NCBI GenBank assembly: GCA_900768045.1
Contig: CAAGBL010000095.1
Span: 7,936-71,935, forward strand
Length of the DNA stretch: 64,000 nt
Direction: 5' to 3'
Origin: an uncultured Alistipes sp.
GTDB lineage: Bacteria > Bacteroidota > Bacteroidia > Bacteroidales > Rikenellaceae
Below the pieces are notes generated by a model. The model saw only the letters and a program-made list of their open reading frames with translations, had not been told where the DNA came from and searched no databases. Positions 27,178 through 34,801 of this stretch are shown here, piece by piece; positions within the stretch are counted from its first letter, which is position 1, and each line of letters starts with the position of its first letter. The position numbers and the translations under genes are program-made.

Positions 27178-27810
27178 TTATTGTTTTTGTGTTCTACCTT
27201 CCCAATATCTCTTTGCGCCATCTTCCCAGATGGTATATTCGCCTGTTGGCCCGATGAAGCGTCCTTTGCTAAATGCCTTGTACCCCTCTACCCATATTTT
27301 GAGCGATGCATCATACATCATACGACCAGCTGGGCGACCATCGGGCATTCGCCCTTTGGTTTGGCTAACAAGAATTATAAGTTTATTCTTGTGGCGTTGG
27401 GTGAACTCCAAGAACTGCTTATAGGACATCTGTGTACATTGTACCGAGTCGATGACACAGAAGTCGGCAGAACGAGGCTTGGCGAGGCGTTCCGACAACT
27501 CCTCGAGCGTCATCTTGCCGTCTATCTGAAACCTGCTGCCACAGTCAGTCATACCGAGTCGGCGCAGGGTATTCTGCATCGTTAGGTCTGTTCCCTCCTC
27601 TTTGGAGAGGTAGATGCCTCGGAGTCCGAGGTTACAAAGAGCTTTGCAGAACAACACCACTGCCGAGGTCTTACCATTACCAGAATTACCCCAAAAGAAC
27701 ACCACGCCTGAACGACCTATCGGACCGATGCAATTATCCCACGCACCCCCAAGTTCAAGCGTTTTGAACTTTTTGGCGAGGACTTGCTTTGCTGATAATG
27801 TGCGTGCCAT
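27178..27810 (-). CDS. RecA/Sms-like P-loop ATPase
   Basis: WGNSGNGKT, YLSKEEG, VIDSVQ motifs. Confidence 0.85.
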   Translation of the reverse strand: MARTLSAKQVLAKKFKTLELGGAWDNCIGPIGRSGVVFFWGNSGNGKTSAVVLFCKALCNLGLRGIYLSKEEGTDLTMQNTLRRLGMTDCGSRFQIDGKMTLEELSERLAKPRSADFCVIDSVQCTQMSYKQFLEFTQRHKNKLIILVSQTKGRMPDGRPAGRMMYDASLKIWVEGYKAFSKGRFIGPTGEYTIWEDGAKRYWEGRTQKQ

Positions 27811-27848
27811 TTGAATAGCGTTTGAATAGTGTTTGAATAGCGTTTTAG
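27810..27848. repeat. Phased TTTGAATAG array 4 (11-bp period)
   Basis: TTTGAATAG at 27810, 27821, 27832, plus TTTTAG at 27843. Confidence 0.85.
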
Positions 27849-28729
27849 AGTCGTGATGCTGCCAATATGCGGAGCTGCTTGTGAATCTCCTTTTTCACTC
27901 GGCGGATATCGAAGTCTGCCAACTTTGCATCGGCTACCACCTTGTTAATGTTCTCATCAGCGGTGAGCCCATTGGCAATGCAGATGGCTCTGACCTCAAA
28001 CTCGTTCACTTTGGTCAGCTGCACGAAACGGCGACAGATACGAGAGTACATCTCGGCGTAGCCCTTACGGTCTGCTGCCACGCCTCGGTTGATACGCTTC
28101 TCAATGTAAGGGGTTGAGAGGAACACCATACCACACTTATCCTCCAACGCATTGTAGAGCGAGATATAATAGTACATTACCGAGTCGGTCAGTTTATCAC
28201 CCTCGTCAAAGATGAGAAGCGGGTGGTCGAGCGTTACCAGCTCGGCGGTGATAGCAGCCAAGGTCTCACGCACGGTCAAGCCCTCGGTACGAATACCAAT
28301 CTTGCGGGCGAGCTCACGCACAAAGTCTGACTTATGCATATCCTCCGAGCAAGGCAGATAAAATACATTCTTGTGTCCTCGGGCGTAGATGGTGGCTGCG
28401 GTAGTCTTACCAATACCTGCAGCACCAACAATCCACGATACATTCTGGTACTGCTGGGCATCTTCAAGGAAGGTGCTAACATCTTTGAACGCTGCGGTAC
28501 CACACAACTGCCAACCATCGACTTTGTTCGACTCAATTTGCGAGCGTATATTGCAGAACATCTCGTCGCTGATGTTCTCAAACTTGCCCTTCAAGATGGC
28601 GTTTACGGTTCCTGCACTTGTGCCTTTGAGCGAGTTCGCTGCTTTGGCTTGACTTGGGTAACGGCTAACATACTCGGCCAACTTCTCCGATATAGCCTGT
28701 TTCTGCTCGAATGATAATTGTTGTGTCAT
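27845..28729 (-). CDS. MuB-like AAA+ transposition ATPase
   Basis: N-terminal HTH, GAAGIGKT, LLIFDEGDKL; directly after the transposase. Confidence 0.9.
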   Translation of the reverse strand: MTQQLSFEQKQAISEKLAEYVSRYPSQAKAANSLKGTSAGTVNAILKGKFENISDEMFCNIRSQIESNKVDGWQLCGTAAFKDVSTFLEDAQQYQNVSWIVGAAGIGKTTAATIYARGHKNVFYLPCSEDMHKSDFVRELARKIGIRTEGLTVRETLAAITAELVTLDHPLLIFDEGDKLTDSVMYYYISLYNALEDKCGMVFLSTPYIEKRINRGVAADRKGYAEMYSRICRRFVQLTKVNEFEVRAICIANGLTADENINKVVADAKLADFDIRRVKKEIHKQLRILAASRL

Positions 28730-28745
28730 ATCTCAAAATTTTTGA

Positions 28746-30776
28746 TTAAAGTCTGTTCAATGCTGCCATAGGGTCGTAGTCCATATTGCTGACCGCCTTG
28801 GTGAATTCTCCCAACGATATCGGCTCAATACTCTGCTCGGCTGGTACCACTACCAGAGAGTCAGCAAGGCGCTCGTATTCTCTCTCTGATATACCTTTGG
28901 CTGCAGGGGTACGAAGTCCTCGCTGTTCAGGAGCAACACCGTGCTCCATTTCGAGGGCGTGAGCCTCCACCTGTCGGCGTATGCGTTCACGCTTGTTAGC
29001 CTCATCATTCCAGCGGATAAAGTCCATTTCGCCCTCCTGCTGCTCTTGTATTGCCCTGTGTATTGTGAGGTATGGGTATGCCATTGTCTCAAAGCGTAAG
29101 CCCATAGGGTTTTCGGTGTAGAGCATTGCACGGTCAAGTTTCTGCGGGTCGAAGCGAACAAAGAACTCTCGCCCTGTGTTACGACTACGCCACTCCATAT
29201 CGGGCATACCATCCTCGGTAAGCACCTCAAAGGTGTACTCCTGCTTCTGATATTGAATTTTGATACCGCCATTTGTGAACACGCTTGGGCGGTCTGTGCG
29301 AATCCAGAACAGGTCCACCATATCGTGCTCGGATACTGCCACCGCCTCGGGGTTTACACTATCCCTATACATCTTCTCACGAGCGATACCTGTTGAGTGA
29401 TGAGCCGAGGCGTTCCACTCCTGACGAGCCGTAGCATAAGCCACCATCAACTCATCGTATGTGTATAACTGCTCCTTGTTCGCCTCGATGAACTCTCGGT
29501 TGATTTTCCACGCCTCCTTTGACGAGATATTACCGCCTGTAAATCGCCAATCCTTATGGAGTACCTGCTGCTGGAACCTACCAAATACAGACTCAATGCT
29601 CTTGCCCTGTGCATTATATGGGGCTGTTGGGCGAGCTACTCGACAGATTGATGAGAAGAACTGCTTTGCAATAGCCTTCTTCTGACCGCCCTGATTATCG
29701 GTTACAATCTCAAATGGTTTGTGTCCAGCGGTCTCAATAGCCATACGGAAAGCTCGATATTGAGCATCGAAGTTCTCGGTTTGGCTGATGTGATATCCAA
29801 GCAGCATCTCGCTATACGCATCAATGACCTCATAGACCTGTACCGAGCGCATTACCAACTTTCCGCCCTCGTATGCCTTATAGTAGAGGTTGAGCTTCGT
29901 ACCATCACCATACCACAAGGCATCGCGTACCATCGGCATCTCGGTCTTGTGCTGACGAGCAAAGAGTTTTTTAGCCTCGTACTCACCATACACTGCATCA
30001 TACCACAAAGGCTTAACCTCGGGGCGTTCCAGATATGACAACAGAGCGTTCTTTGAGCGTAGCGGTTTCCAGCCCTTACGCTCTGCTATACGGTTGAACT
30101 CTTCGAGGATCTGCTGTGTTGTATAGACAGGAATATGGCAACGGCGCAGGGCGATAATCTGACGACCTGCCTCCTTGGTTATCTTCAAGGTGTTGCCATT
30201 GCCGAACTTACCAGATACGAGGCAGATGTAACCCTCGCTGGTATATTGGCGCAACTTATCACGCAGACGAGCTTCGCTCTTTGGGAGGGTGTGATTGTAC
30301 ACCTCACGAAGTTGCTCCGCCTGTGCGAAGATATTAGCCCAAATAACCGGGGTGTTATTGTTGCACGCTCGGCGCATTGCCTTCTGTGTGTTGAGCGAGT
30401 CTCGGAGAGCATTAAGCACTCGTGCGTTGATGATGTACTCCTCTTGCTTATCCTCTGGGATACTCTCGCCATTGGCGAGCTTATGAGTGCGGAAAAACTC
30501 CTGCGCTGCCATATCTTGGGGCAGCGATATCTCCTCTCGTTTCATTATGGTTTCGGGGTCGCCATACTTCGCCTCGAAACGCTCACGGAAGCGCAATGGT
30601 AGCGAACTGTACTCTATCAAAGCATACGAGCCAAGACCCTTGCCCTGACGCAGCACATTGAAATTACCCTTGCTGGCATTCCACTTGTACACAGAGAGAC
30701 TCATCACAGCCTCGCCATCGTCAGCTCTTGTAAGGTCTTGGACCGTAACCGCTATTATCTTACCGTAAAACTCCAT
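28746..30776 (-). CDS. MuA-like DDE transposase (start MEFYGKII, 676 aa)
   Basis: WYGDGT, VIDAYS, VTDNQGG, KSIESVF catalytic motifs; Mu transposase C-terminal VRFDP motif. Confidence 0.92.
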   Translation of the reverse strand: MEFYGKIIAVTVQDLTRADDGEAVMSLSVYKWNASKGNFNVLRQGKGLGSYALIEYSSLPLRFRERFEAKYGDPETIMKREEISLPQDMAAQEFFRTHKLANGESIPEDKQEEYIINARVLNALRDSLNTQKAMRRACNNNTPVIWANIFAQAEQLREVYNHTLPKSEARLRDKLRQYTSEGYICLVSGKFGNGNTLKITKEAGRQIIALRRCHIPVYTTQQILEEFNRIAERKGWKPLRSKNALLSYLERPEVKPLWYDAVYGEYEAKKLFARQHKTEMPMVRDALWYGDGTKLNLYYKAYEGGKLVMRSVQVYEVIDAYSEMLLGYHISQTENFDAQYRAFRMAIETAGHKPFEIVTDNQGGQKKAIAKQFFSSICRVARPTAPYNAQGKSIESVFGRFQQQVLHKDWRFTGGNISSKEAWKINREFIEANKEQLYTYDELMVAYATARQEWNASAHHSTGIAREKMYRDSVNPEAVAVSEHDMVDLFWIRTDRPSVFTNGGIKIQYQKQEYTFEVLTEDGMPDMEWRSRNTGREFFVRFDPQKLDRAMLYTENPMGLRFETMAYPYLTIHRAIQEQQEGEMDFIRWNDEANKRERIRRQVEAHALEMEHGVAPEQRGLRTPAAKGISEREYERLADSLVVVPAEQSIEPISLGEFTKAVSNMDYDPMAALNRL

Positions 30777-30797
30777 TGTGGTTCTCTTTTTGTTTAG

Positions 30798-30885
30798 ATC
30801 CTGCATCGGGGCTCGAACCCGAACCTGCAACTCCTCGACTGTGCACCGCCGACTCATTGCCGCACTACCATTGTGCTATGCAGGA
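30798..30885 (-). ncRNA. tRNA-like element C with elongated anticodon arm
   Basis: TCCTGCA/TGCAGGA acceptor; U8A9; GCAC-AATGGTA-GTGC D arm; GCAAT/GTTGC stem enclosing 24 nt; TCGGG-TTCGAGC-CCCGA T arm. Confidence 0.75.
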
Positions 30886-30927
30886 GAAAATCGCTACATC
30901 TGTGCTGTCATCTACAAACTTGGCGAT

Positions 30928-31149
30928 TTATATACAGCCAACTGACAGACCGTGCTCGTCCATCTGGCAAGTGAAGCCATCGCTTATCAACTTAGTCACT
31001 ACACTTGGGCAACAGCGTGTGATGTGAATAGTCCATTTAGTGGTACCGAGGTCGCCCACAAAATGGTTCTTGGGCATATTGATTTTTATCTCTGTTGAGT
31101 GGTGCTGGGCTATGATAACCATCGCTTTGTTAAACTGTTCGTGTGTCAT
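30928..31149 (-). CDS. Hypothetical phage early protein
   Basis: 73 aa in the early operon. Confidence 0.6.
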   Translation of the reverse strand: MTHEQFNKAMVIIAQHHSTEIKINMPKNHFVGDLGTTKWTIHITRCCPSVVTKLISDGFTCQMDEHGLSVGCI

Positions 31150-31153
31150 ATTG

Positions 31154-31402
31154 CTAATCGTTAAAAGTTATATCGTTAATGTTTCGGAGACCGGCGATTG
31201 TATTAGTGAGCATATTCACATACTGCGTAAGCTCGTGATTGCGCCTCCATAGGTTGTCGTATCGCTCCATCTTCTCAGGGTCGGCGTCTGGGTATATTAC
31301 ACGATGTGATTTTACCAGCTCCGCCTGTTCTGCTCGGTTGCGGGCATACTCTCGGCGTGCCTTCGCAATCCTATTTTCGAGGTCCTTGATTATCTTCTCC
31401 AT
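31154..31402 (-). CDS. Hypothetical coiled-coil early protein
   Basis: 82 aa in the early operon. Confidence 0.6.
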   Translation of the reverse strand: MEKIIKDLENRIAKARREYARNRAEQAELVKSHRVIYPDADPEKMERYDNLWRRNHELTQYVNMLTNTIAGLRNINDITFND

Positions 31403-31616
31403 TGCTCTTCTTTGTTTTGATTTTACCGATAGTAGGCCACTTGGGGCAACCGTACGATACGCATAGGCTGTATATCATACCACTGACAAACTCCTGCGTT
31501 GCATTGAACTCAATGCCCCTATCCGGGATATACTGAAACTCCACCTTATAGGTCAGCAGGTAATAAGAAACCTTACCCAAATAGTTTGTCGCCAAGTATC
31601 TACTCTCTTTTGCCAT
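31371..31616 (-). CDS. Hypothetical early protein
   Basis: 81 aa in the early operon. Confidence 0.5.
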   Translation of the reverse strand: MAKESRYLATNYLGKVSYYLLTYKVEFQYIPDRGIEFNATQEFVSGMIYSLCVSYGCPKWPTIGKIKTKKSNGEDNQGPRK

Positions 31617-31618
31617 AC

Positions 31619-32029
31619 CTACTCCTCGTTTAGTGTATCAGACAACGACTGCGCTTCATATACGATGCGTGTCCAATCACGCAACAGCACCTTCTCAAAC
31701 ACCTTGATAACTTCGCCATCGCACGAGATGGTTGCAATCTCCTTCTTGTTTTCAAACTCCACTCGAACATTGTTCGGGAAGGTTTGAATAATACCGAGTA
31801 CCGTGCCCTCGCCGTGTATATACTTGGTCTCACAGTTCGGCATAAAGCCTTCGGGAGTCTGGAAGTTGTTTTTCACAACACCCCCCATGTTTAGAGCAGC
31901 CTTACGGATTTTCTTTGCCAAGTCGCTATCCGTAACATAATTCAGAGCTGCCCAAATCGTCTGTCTGCTCTTGCCAAAGAGGCGTGCCAACTGAGCCTTC
32001 TTTGCGTTTGGTAAATCGATGAACTTCAT
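31619..32029 (-). CDS. Cro/Ner-like HTH regulator
   Basis: LARLFGKSRQTIWAAL...SDLAKKIRKAAL..GG; first early gene, divergent from the repressor. Confidence 0.75.
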   Translation of the reverse strand: MKFIDLPNAKKAQLARLFGKSRQTIWAALNYVTDSDLAKKIRKAALNMGGVVKNNFQTPEGFMPNCETKYIHGEGTVLGIIQTFPNNVRVEFENKKEIATISCDGEVIKVFEKVLLRDWTRIVYEAQSLSDTLNEE

Positions 32030-32056
32030 ATCCTATTCTTTATTAGTAAATATCCT

Positions 32057-32145
32057 ATTGTTTAATCGATAAAAATCATTACCTTTGTTCCCGTCTTAAC
32101 TGTTAAGACGATGCAATATTAGTAGTTTATTTTCTAATATACAAA
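32057..32145. promoter_or_regulatory. Face-to-face lysis/lysogeny promoters with central palindrome
   Basis: Plus strand -7 TACCTTTG at 32080; minus strand TTTG-N20-TAATATTG (32145-32114); CGTCTTAAC-T-GTTAAGACG at 32092-32110. Confidence 0.7.
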
Positions 32146-32175
32146 TTATTTGCGAGATTTTTTTCTATTATTTTT

Positions 32176-32862
32176 ATGGGAGCGATAGAGAGATTACGCC
32201 AATTTGTTGAGTATAAAGGAATTAGCAAATATCAATTTTACAAGGCAACAGGTCTTGCAAATGGGTATCTTGACAGAGATGGCAGTATTGGTAGTGATAA
32301 ATGCGAGAAGATAATCTCGCAATATCCAGAAATAAGTTTAGAGTGGTTAGTTCTTGGCGTAGGGGATATGCTAAGGGAATGTAACATCTCAGCACCAACA
32401 ATACAAGAGCAGTTTCCCCTTCGCACGGATCGAACCATAGGGTTGCAGAGCATCCCGCTTTACGAACTTGATGCGACTGCGGGATTAGTGTCTTTATTCG
32501 ATACGGAAACACGCCATATACCAATCAACCATTTGCAGATACCTGACCTCCCTCCGTGCGATGGAGCTCTATATGTGCGAGGCGACTCAATGTATCCTCT
32601 GCTAAAAAGCGGCGACATCGTACTATATAAAGAGATACCCAACGGAGTGCAGAGCATCCTCTGGGGCGAGATGTATCTGCTGTCGTTCACCCTTGATGGC
32701 GAAGACTATATTACTATTAAGTATATACAGAAGGGGGATGATGAGCGCACTGTGCGCCTTGTTAGCCACAACCCACATCACTCGCCAAAGGATATACCGG
32801 CAGACTCTATTCGAGCGCTGGCACTTGTCAAGGCAAGTGTACGCTTCAACACAATGGGATAG
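32176..32862 (+). CDS. CI-like repressor (HTH plus S24 peptidase)
   Basis: N-terminal HTH with SLEWLVLGVGDM; ATAG cleavage region; VRGDSMYP; IKY. Confidence 0.92.
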   Translation: MGAIERLRQFVEYKGISKYQFYKATGLANGYLDRDGSIGSDKCEKIISQYPEISLEWLVLGVGDMLRECNISAPTIQEQFPLRTDRTIGLQSIPLYELDATAGLVSLFDTETRHIPINHLQIPDLPPCDGALYVRGDSMYPLLKSGDIVLYKEIPNGVQSILWGEMYLLSFTLDGEDYITIKYIQKGDDERTVRLVSHNPHHSPKDIPADSIRALALVKASVRFNTMG

Positions 32863-32919
32863 CGTTTGTTCAGGAAGTTATCTTAACGATGATACGCTTT
32901 TCACACACTTTTTATACAC

Positions 32920-32956
32920 AAAAACAGCGAGGTACGCAATGTATCTCGCTGTTTTT
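32920..32956 (+). terminator. Terminator after the repressor gene
   Basis: AAAACAGCGAGGTAC-GCAAT-GTATCTCGCTGTTTTT. Confidence 0.75.
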
Positions 32957-33098
32957 CATTACATTCCCACGATATTCAAGGGTAATTTTGCGTGCGTTTT
33001 TATGTAGTTAAGGGGTAGTTTGAGCGCAATTTTCTGCACAAATTCGGGGGCATTTTGTCATTAAGTAGCATTTTGAGCGTCAAAATTTACACAAAAAA

Positions 33099-33194
33099 CT
33101 ATCCCTAAACCTATCCCTAACGCATACATTTCGTTTTGAACTTGCAAAAATAGGCTATCCCTAAACTCAACCCTAAACCTATCCCTAAACTCAA
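33099..33194. repeat. Five 12-bp CTATCCCTAAAC-type repeats flanking an ACATTTCGTTTT box
   Basis: Units at 33099, 33111, 33155, 33167, 33179; box at 33126. Confidence 0.85.
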
Positions 33195-33229
33195 TTATTC
33201 GGGGAGGGGCAAGGGTGCAATCACCGCTA

Positions 33230-33270
33230 TTTGAAAGGTCTTTGAGTAGCGTTTGAACACCTGATTTGAA
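33230..33270. repeat. Phased TTTGAA array 5
   Basis: TTTGAA 33230, TTTGAG 33241, TTTGAA 33252, TTTGAA 33265. Confidence 0.75.
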
Positions 33271-33422
33271 CGCTTCGAAGGCACATCGGCAAGGTAGCGA
33301 GCGACAAAGGCACACAATAGCCCAAAATCGCCCATCTGGTGGCTTTTAGCGTGGGTTTAGCCATAACTATACAGATACAATAACGCCCCGAAATCAGGCG
33401 GTTTATTGCCGTTTTTCAGGGC

Positions 33423-33610
33423 GATGTAACATTATCGCTCGAACGCTGCGTTCAAAATGCAGTCGAATGTAACGCAAAAGTAGCGCCGATGTAACATTTC
33501 GTTTTGCGAGGCTTCGGGGCTATCAATCTCTCTAACTCTTTGATAACTAAATAGGTTATGTCTCTATACTCCTCTATACTGTTATACACATTTCGTTTTT
33601 ACCCCCGTAT
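33423..33610. promoter_or_regulatory. Prophage end: putative transposase boxes and IHF site
   Basis: ACATTTCGTTTT at 33494 and 33588; ATGTAAC at 33424, 33467, 33489; TATCAAAGAGTTA (WATCAANNNNTTR) on the minus strand at 33533-33545. Confidence 0.7.
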
Positions 33611-33874
33611 ATTTGTAGATGTTGTTGGTAGCAGCGATTGTATCTCATCTCCCGAGTAGCCCAATACAGCGATGTCGTAGTAGTTGCGCACCTCGCCATG
33701 GCGTGTGGCACGCTCCAAAAGCTCATCTATGAGGTAGTTGCACACAACGGCTACTGCCTCAATCTTGCTCATCGAGATATTATTAAGGAATGTATGTTCC
33801 TGCATCGACATAGAGCAGTCGACAGCAATGACAATAGCACCTCTATTGAGGTGGGTAATTGGCTTTGAGTACAT
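33599..33874 (-). pseudogene. 5' fragment of a host vWA (TerY-like) gene cut by the prophage
   Basis: VIAVDCSMSM MIDAS-like motif and YYDIAVLGYSG; stops after 91 codons, inside the phage end repeat. Confidence 0.8.
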
Positions 33875-33899
33875 TGTGTGTGGGACGATTTTACGTTTC

Positions 33900-34796
33900 T
33901 TATCTTAGTTTGTCGTATATGCGTGAGGCGTATAGAACGTCGTGAAGGCCGAGGCCTATGTTATATGACAATATGCGCTCGGAGTCATTGGCTCTGCCCG
34001 TAACATCGCCCTTTAGGACCTCCTCAAGCTGATGAAACTCCCTAAACTCAGAGAAGTATTTGAAGCCCTTTACGTGGTCTGTGTCGTCGGCAAATACTTT
34101 GTCAAAGGTGGTGTCGCAATTTTGAAAGCCTCGGGTGTGTACAGGTACCACCAATACTCCTGGTTTGAACAACGACTCATCTTCCACAAGCAGACCGCTT
34201 GCATCTGTTATGCACGACACAACGACGTCTGCACCCTTGACCAACTCGGTGGTGGTGTCGACGATTGTAAACGAGGCATTTTTATAGTGGCCATACTCCT
34301 CGATAATCCTCTCGGCTTGATCCTTATATCTAAATAGACGAATATTTAGATGCTCATCAGCGCAGCTATTTAGCAGACATGTGAGCGTAGCTCGGGCTGT
34401 GCTGCCAAGGCCGATAAAGGCATACTCTGAGGCTTGGGATTGGCGCAGTGTCTTAATGGCAAGTGTTGCCACAGCACCTGTGCGCATGGCTGTAATCCAG
34501 TCGCAGTCGACAATCGCCAGCAACTCGCCCGACCGAGAGTCGAAGAGCATCATGTCGCTCTTAAGGGCTGGAACTCGGCCAACAATTCTCGAGACTACCT
34601 TAGCACCGAATCGGCGATACTCGCTTGGAAGTAGACATGGCATGGTTGTAAAGAAGTCGTTGCCTGTGGGGTGTACCGACATCTTTGCGGGTAGCTGACA
34701 CTCGCTCTTTAGAATAAAAGCATCACGCACCCACTCCACACACTGCTCAGGAGAAAGGTTGAGGTTGACAATATCCTCGTTGGTTATATGCTTCAT
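33900..34796 (-). CDS. Ornithine cyclodeaminase/mu-crystallin family protein
   Basis: ITAMRTGA, IGLGSTA, GLGLHD motifs. Confidence 0.88.
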   Translation of the reverse strand: MKHITNEDIVNLNLSPEQCVEWVRDAFILKSECQLPAKMSVHPTGNDFFTTMPCLLPSEYRRFGAKVVSRIVGRVPALKSDMMLFDSRSGELLAIVDCDWITAMRTGAVATLAIKTLRQSQASEYAFIGLGSTARATLTCLLNSCADEHLNIRLFRYKDQAERIIEEYGHYKNASFTIVDTTTELVKGADVVVSCITDASGLLVEDESLFKPGVLVVPVHTRGFQNCDTTFDKVFADDTDHVKGFKYFSEFREFHQLEEVLKGDVTGRANDSERILSYNIGLGLHDVLYASRIYDKLR

Positions 34797-34801
34797 GCTA
34801 T

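Larger units (their letters stand above)
1..33610. mobile_element. Mu-like transposable prophage (siphovirus-type tail); left part runs off the window
   Basis: DDE transposase plus MuB-like ATPase, S24 repressor, DUF935-like portal, MuF, gp36-like adaptor, virion morphogenesis protein, Clp protease, capsid, amidase, tail tube, tape measure. Right boundary inferred from terminal repeats and truncation of a host vWA gene. Confidence 0.95.

Noticed and set aside
30777..30857. N-terminal extension of the transposase in the ORF track (likewise 25914-25973)
   Set aside because: Both extensions run through tRNA-like structures; the downstream ATGs have proper A-rich leaders.
25936..30885. Calling the three cloverleaves functional tRNA genes (for example Cys, from GCA and U73)
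   Set aside because: None has a canonical 7-nt anticodon loop; reported as tRNA-like only.
33099..33194. CRISPR array or plant-type telomere repeat (CCCTAAA)
   Set aside because: Units are 12 bp and adjacent, with no unique spacers and no cas genes; the telomere resemblance is only a 7-mer.
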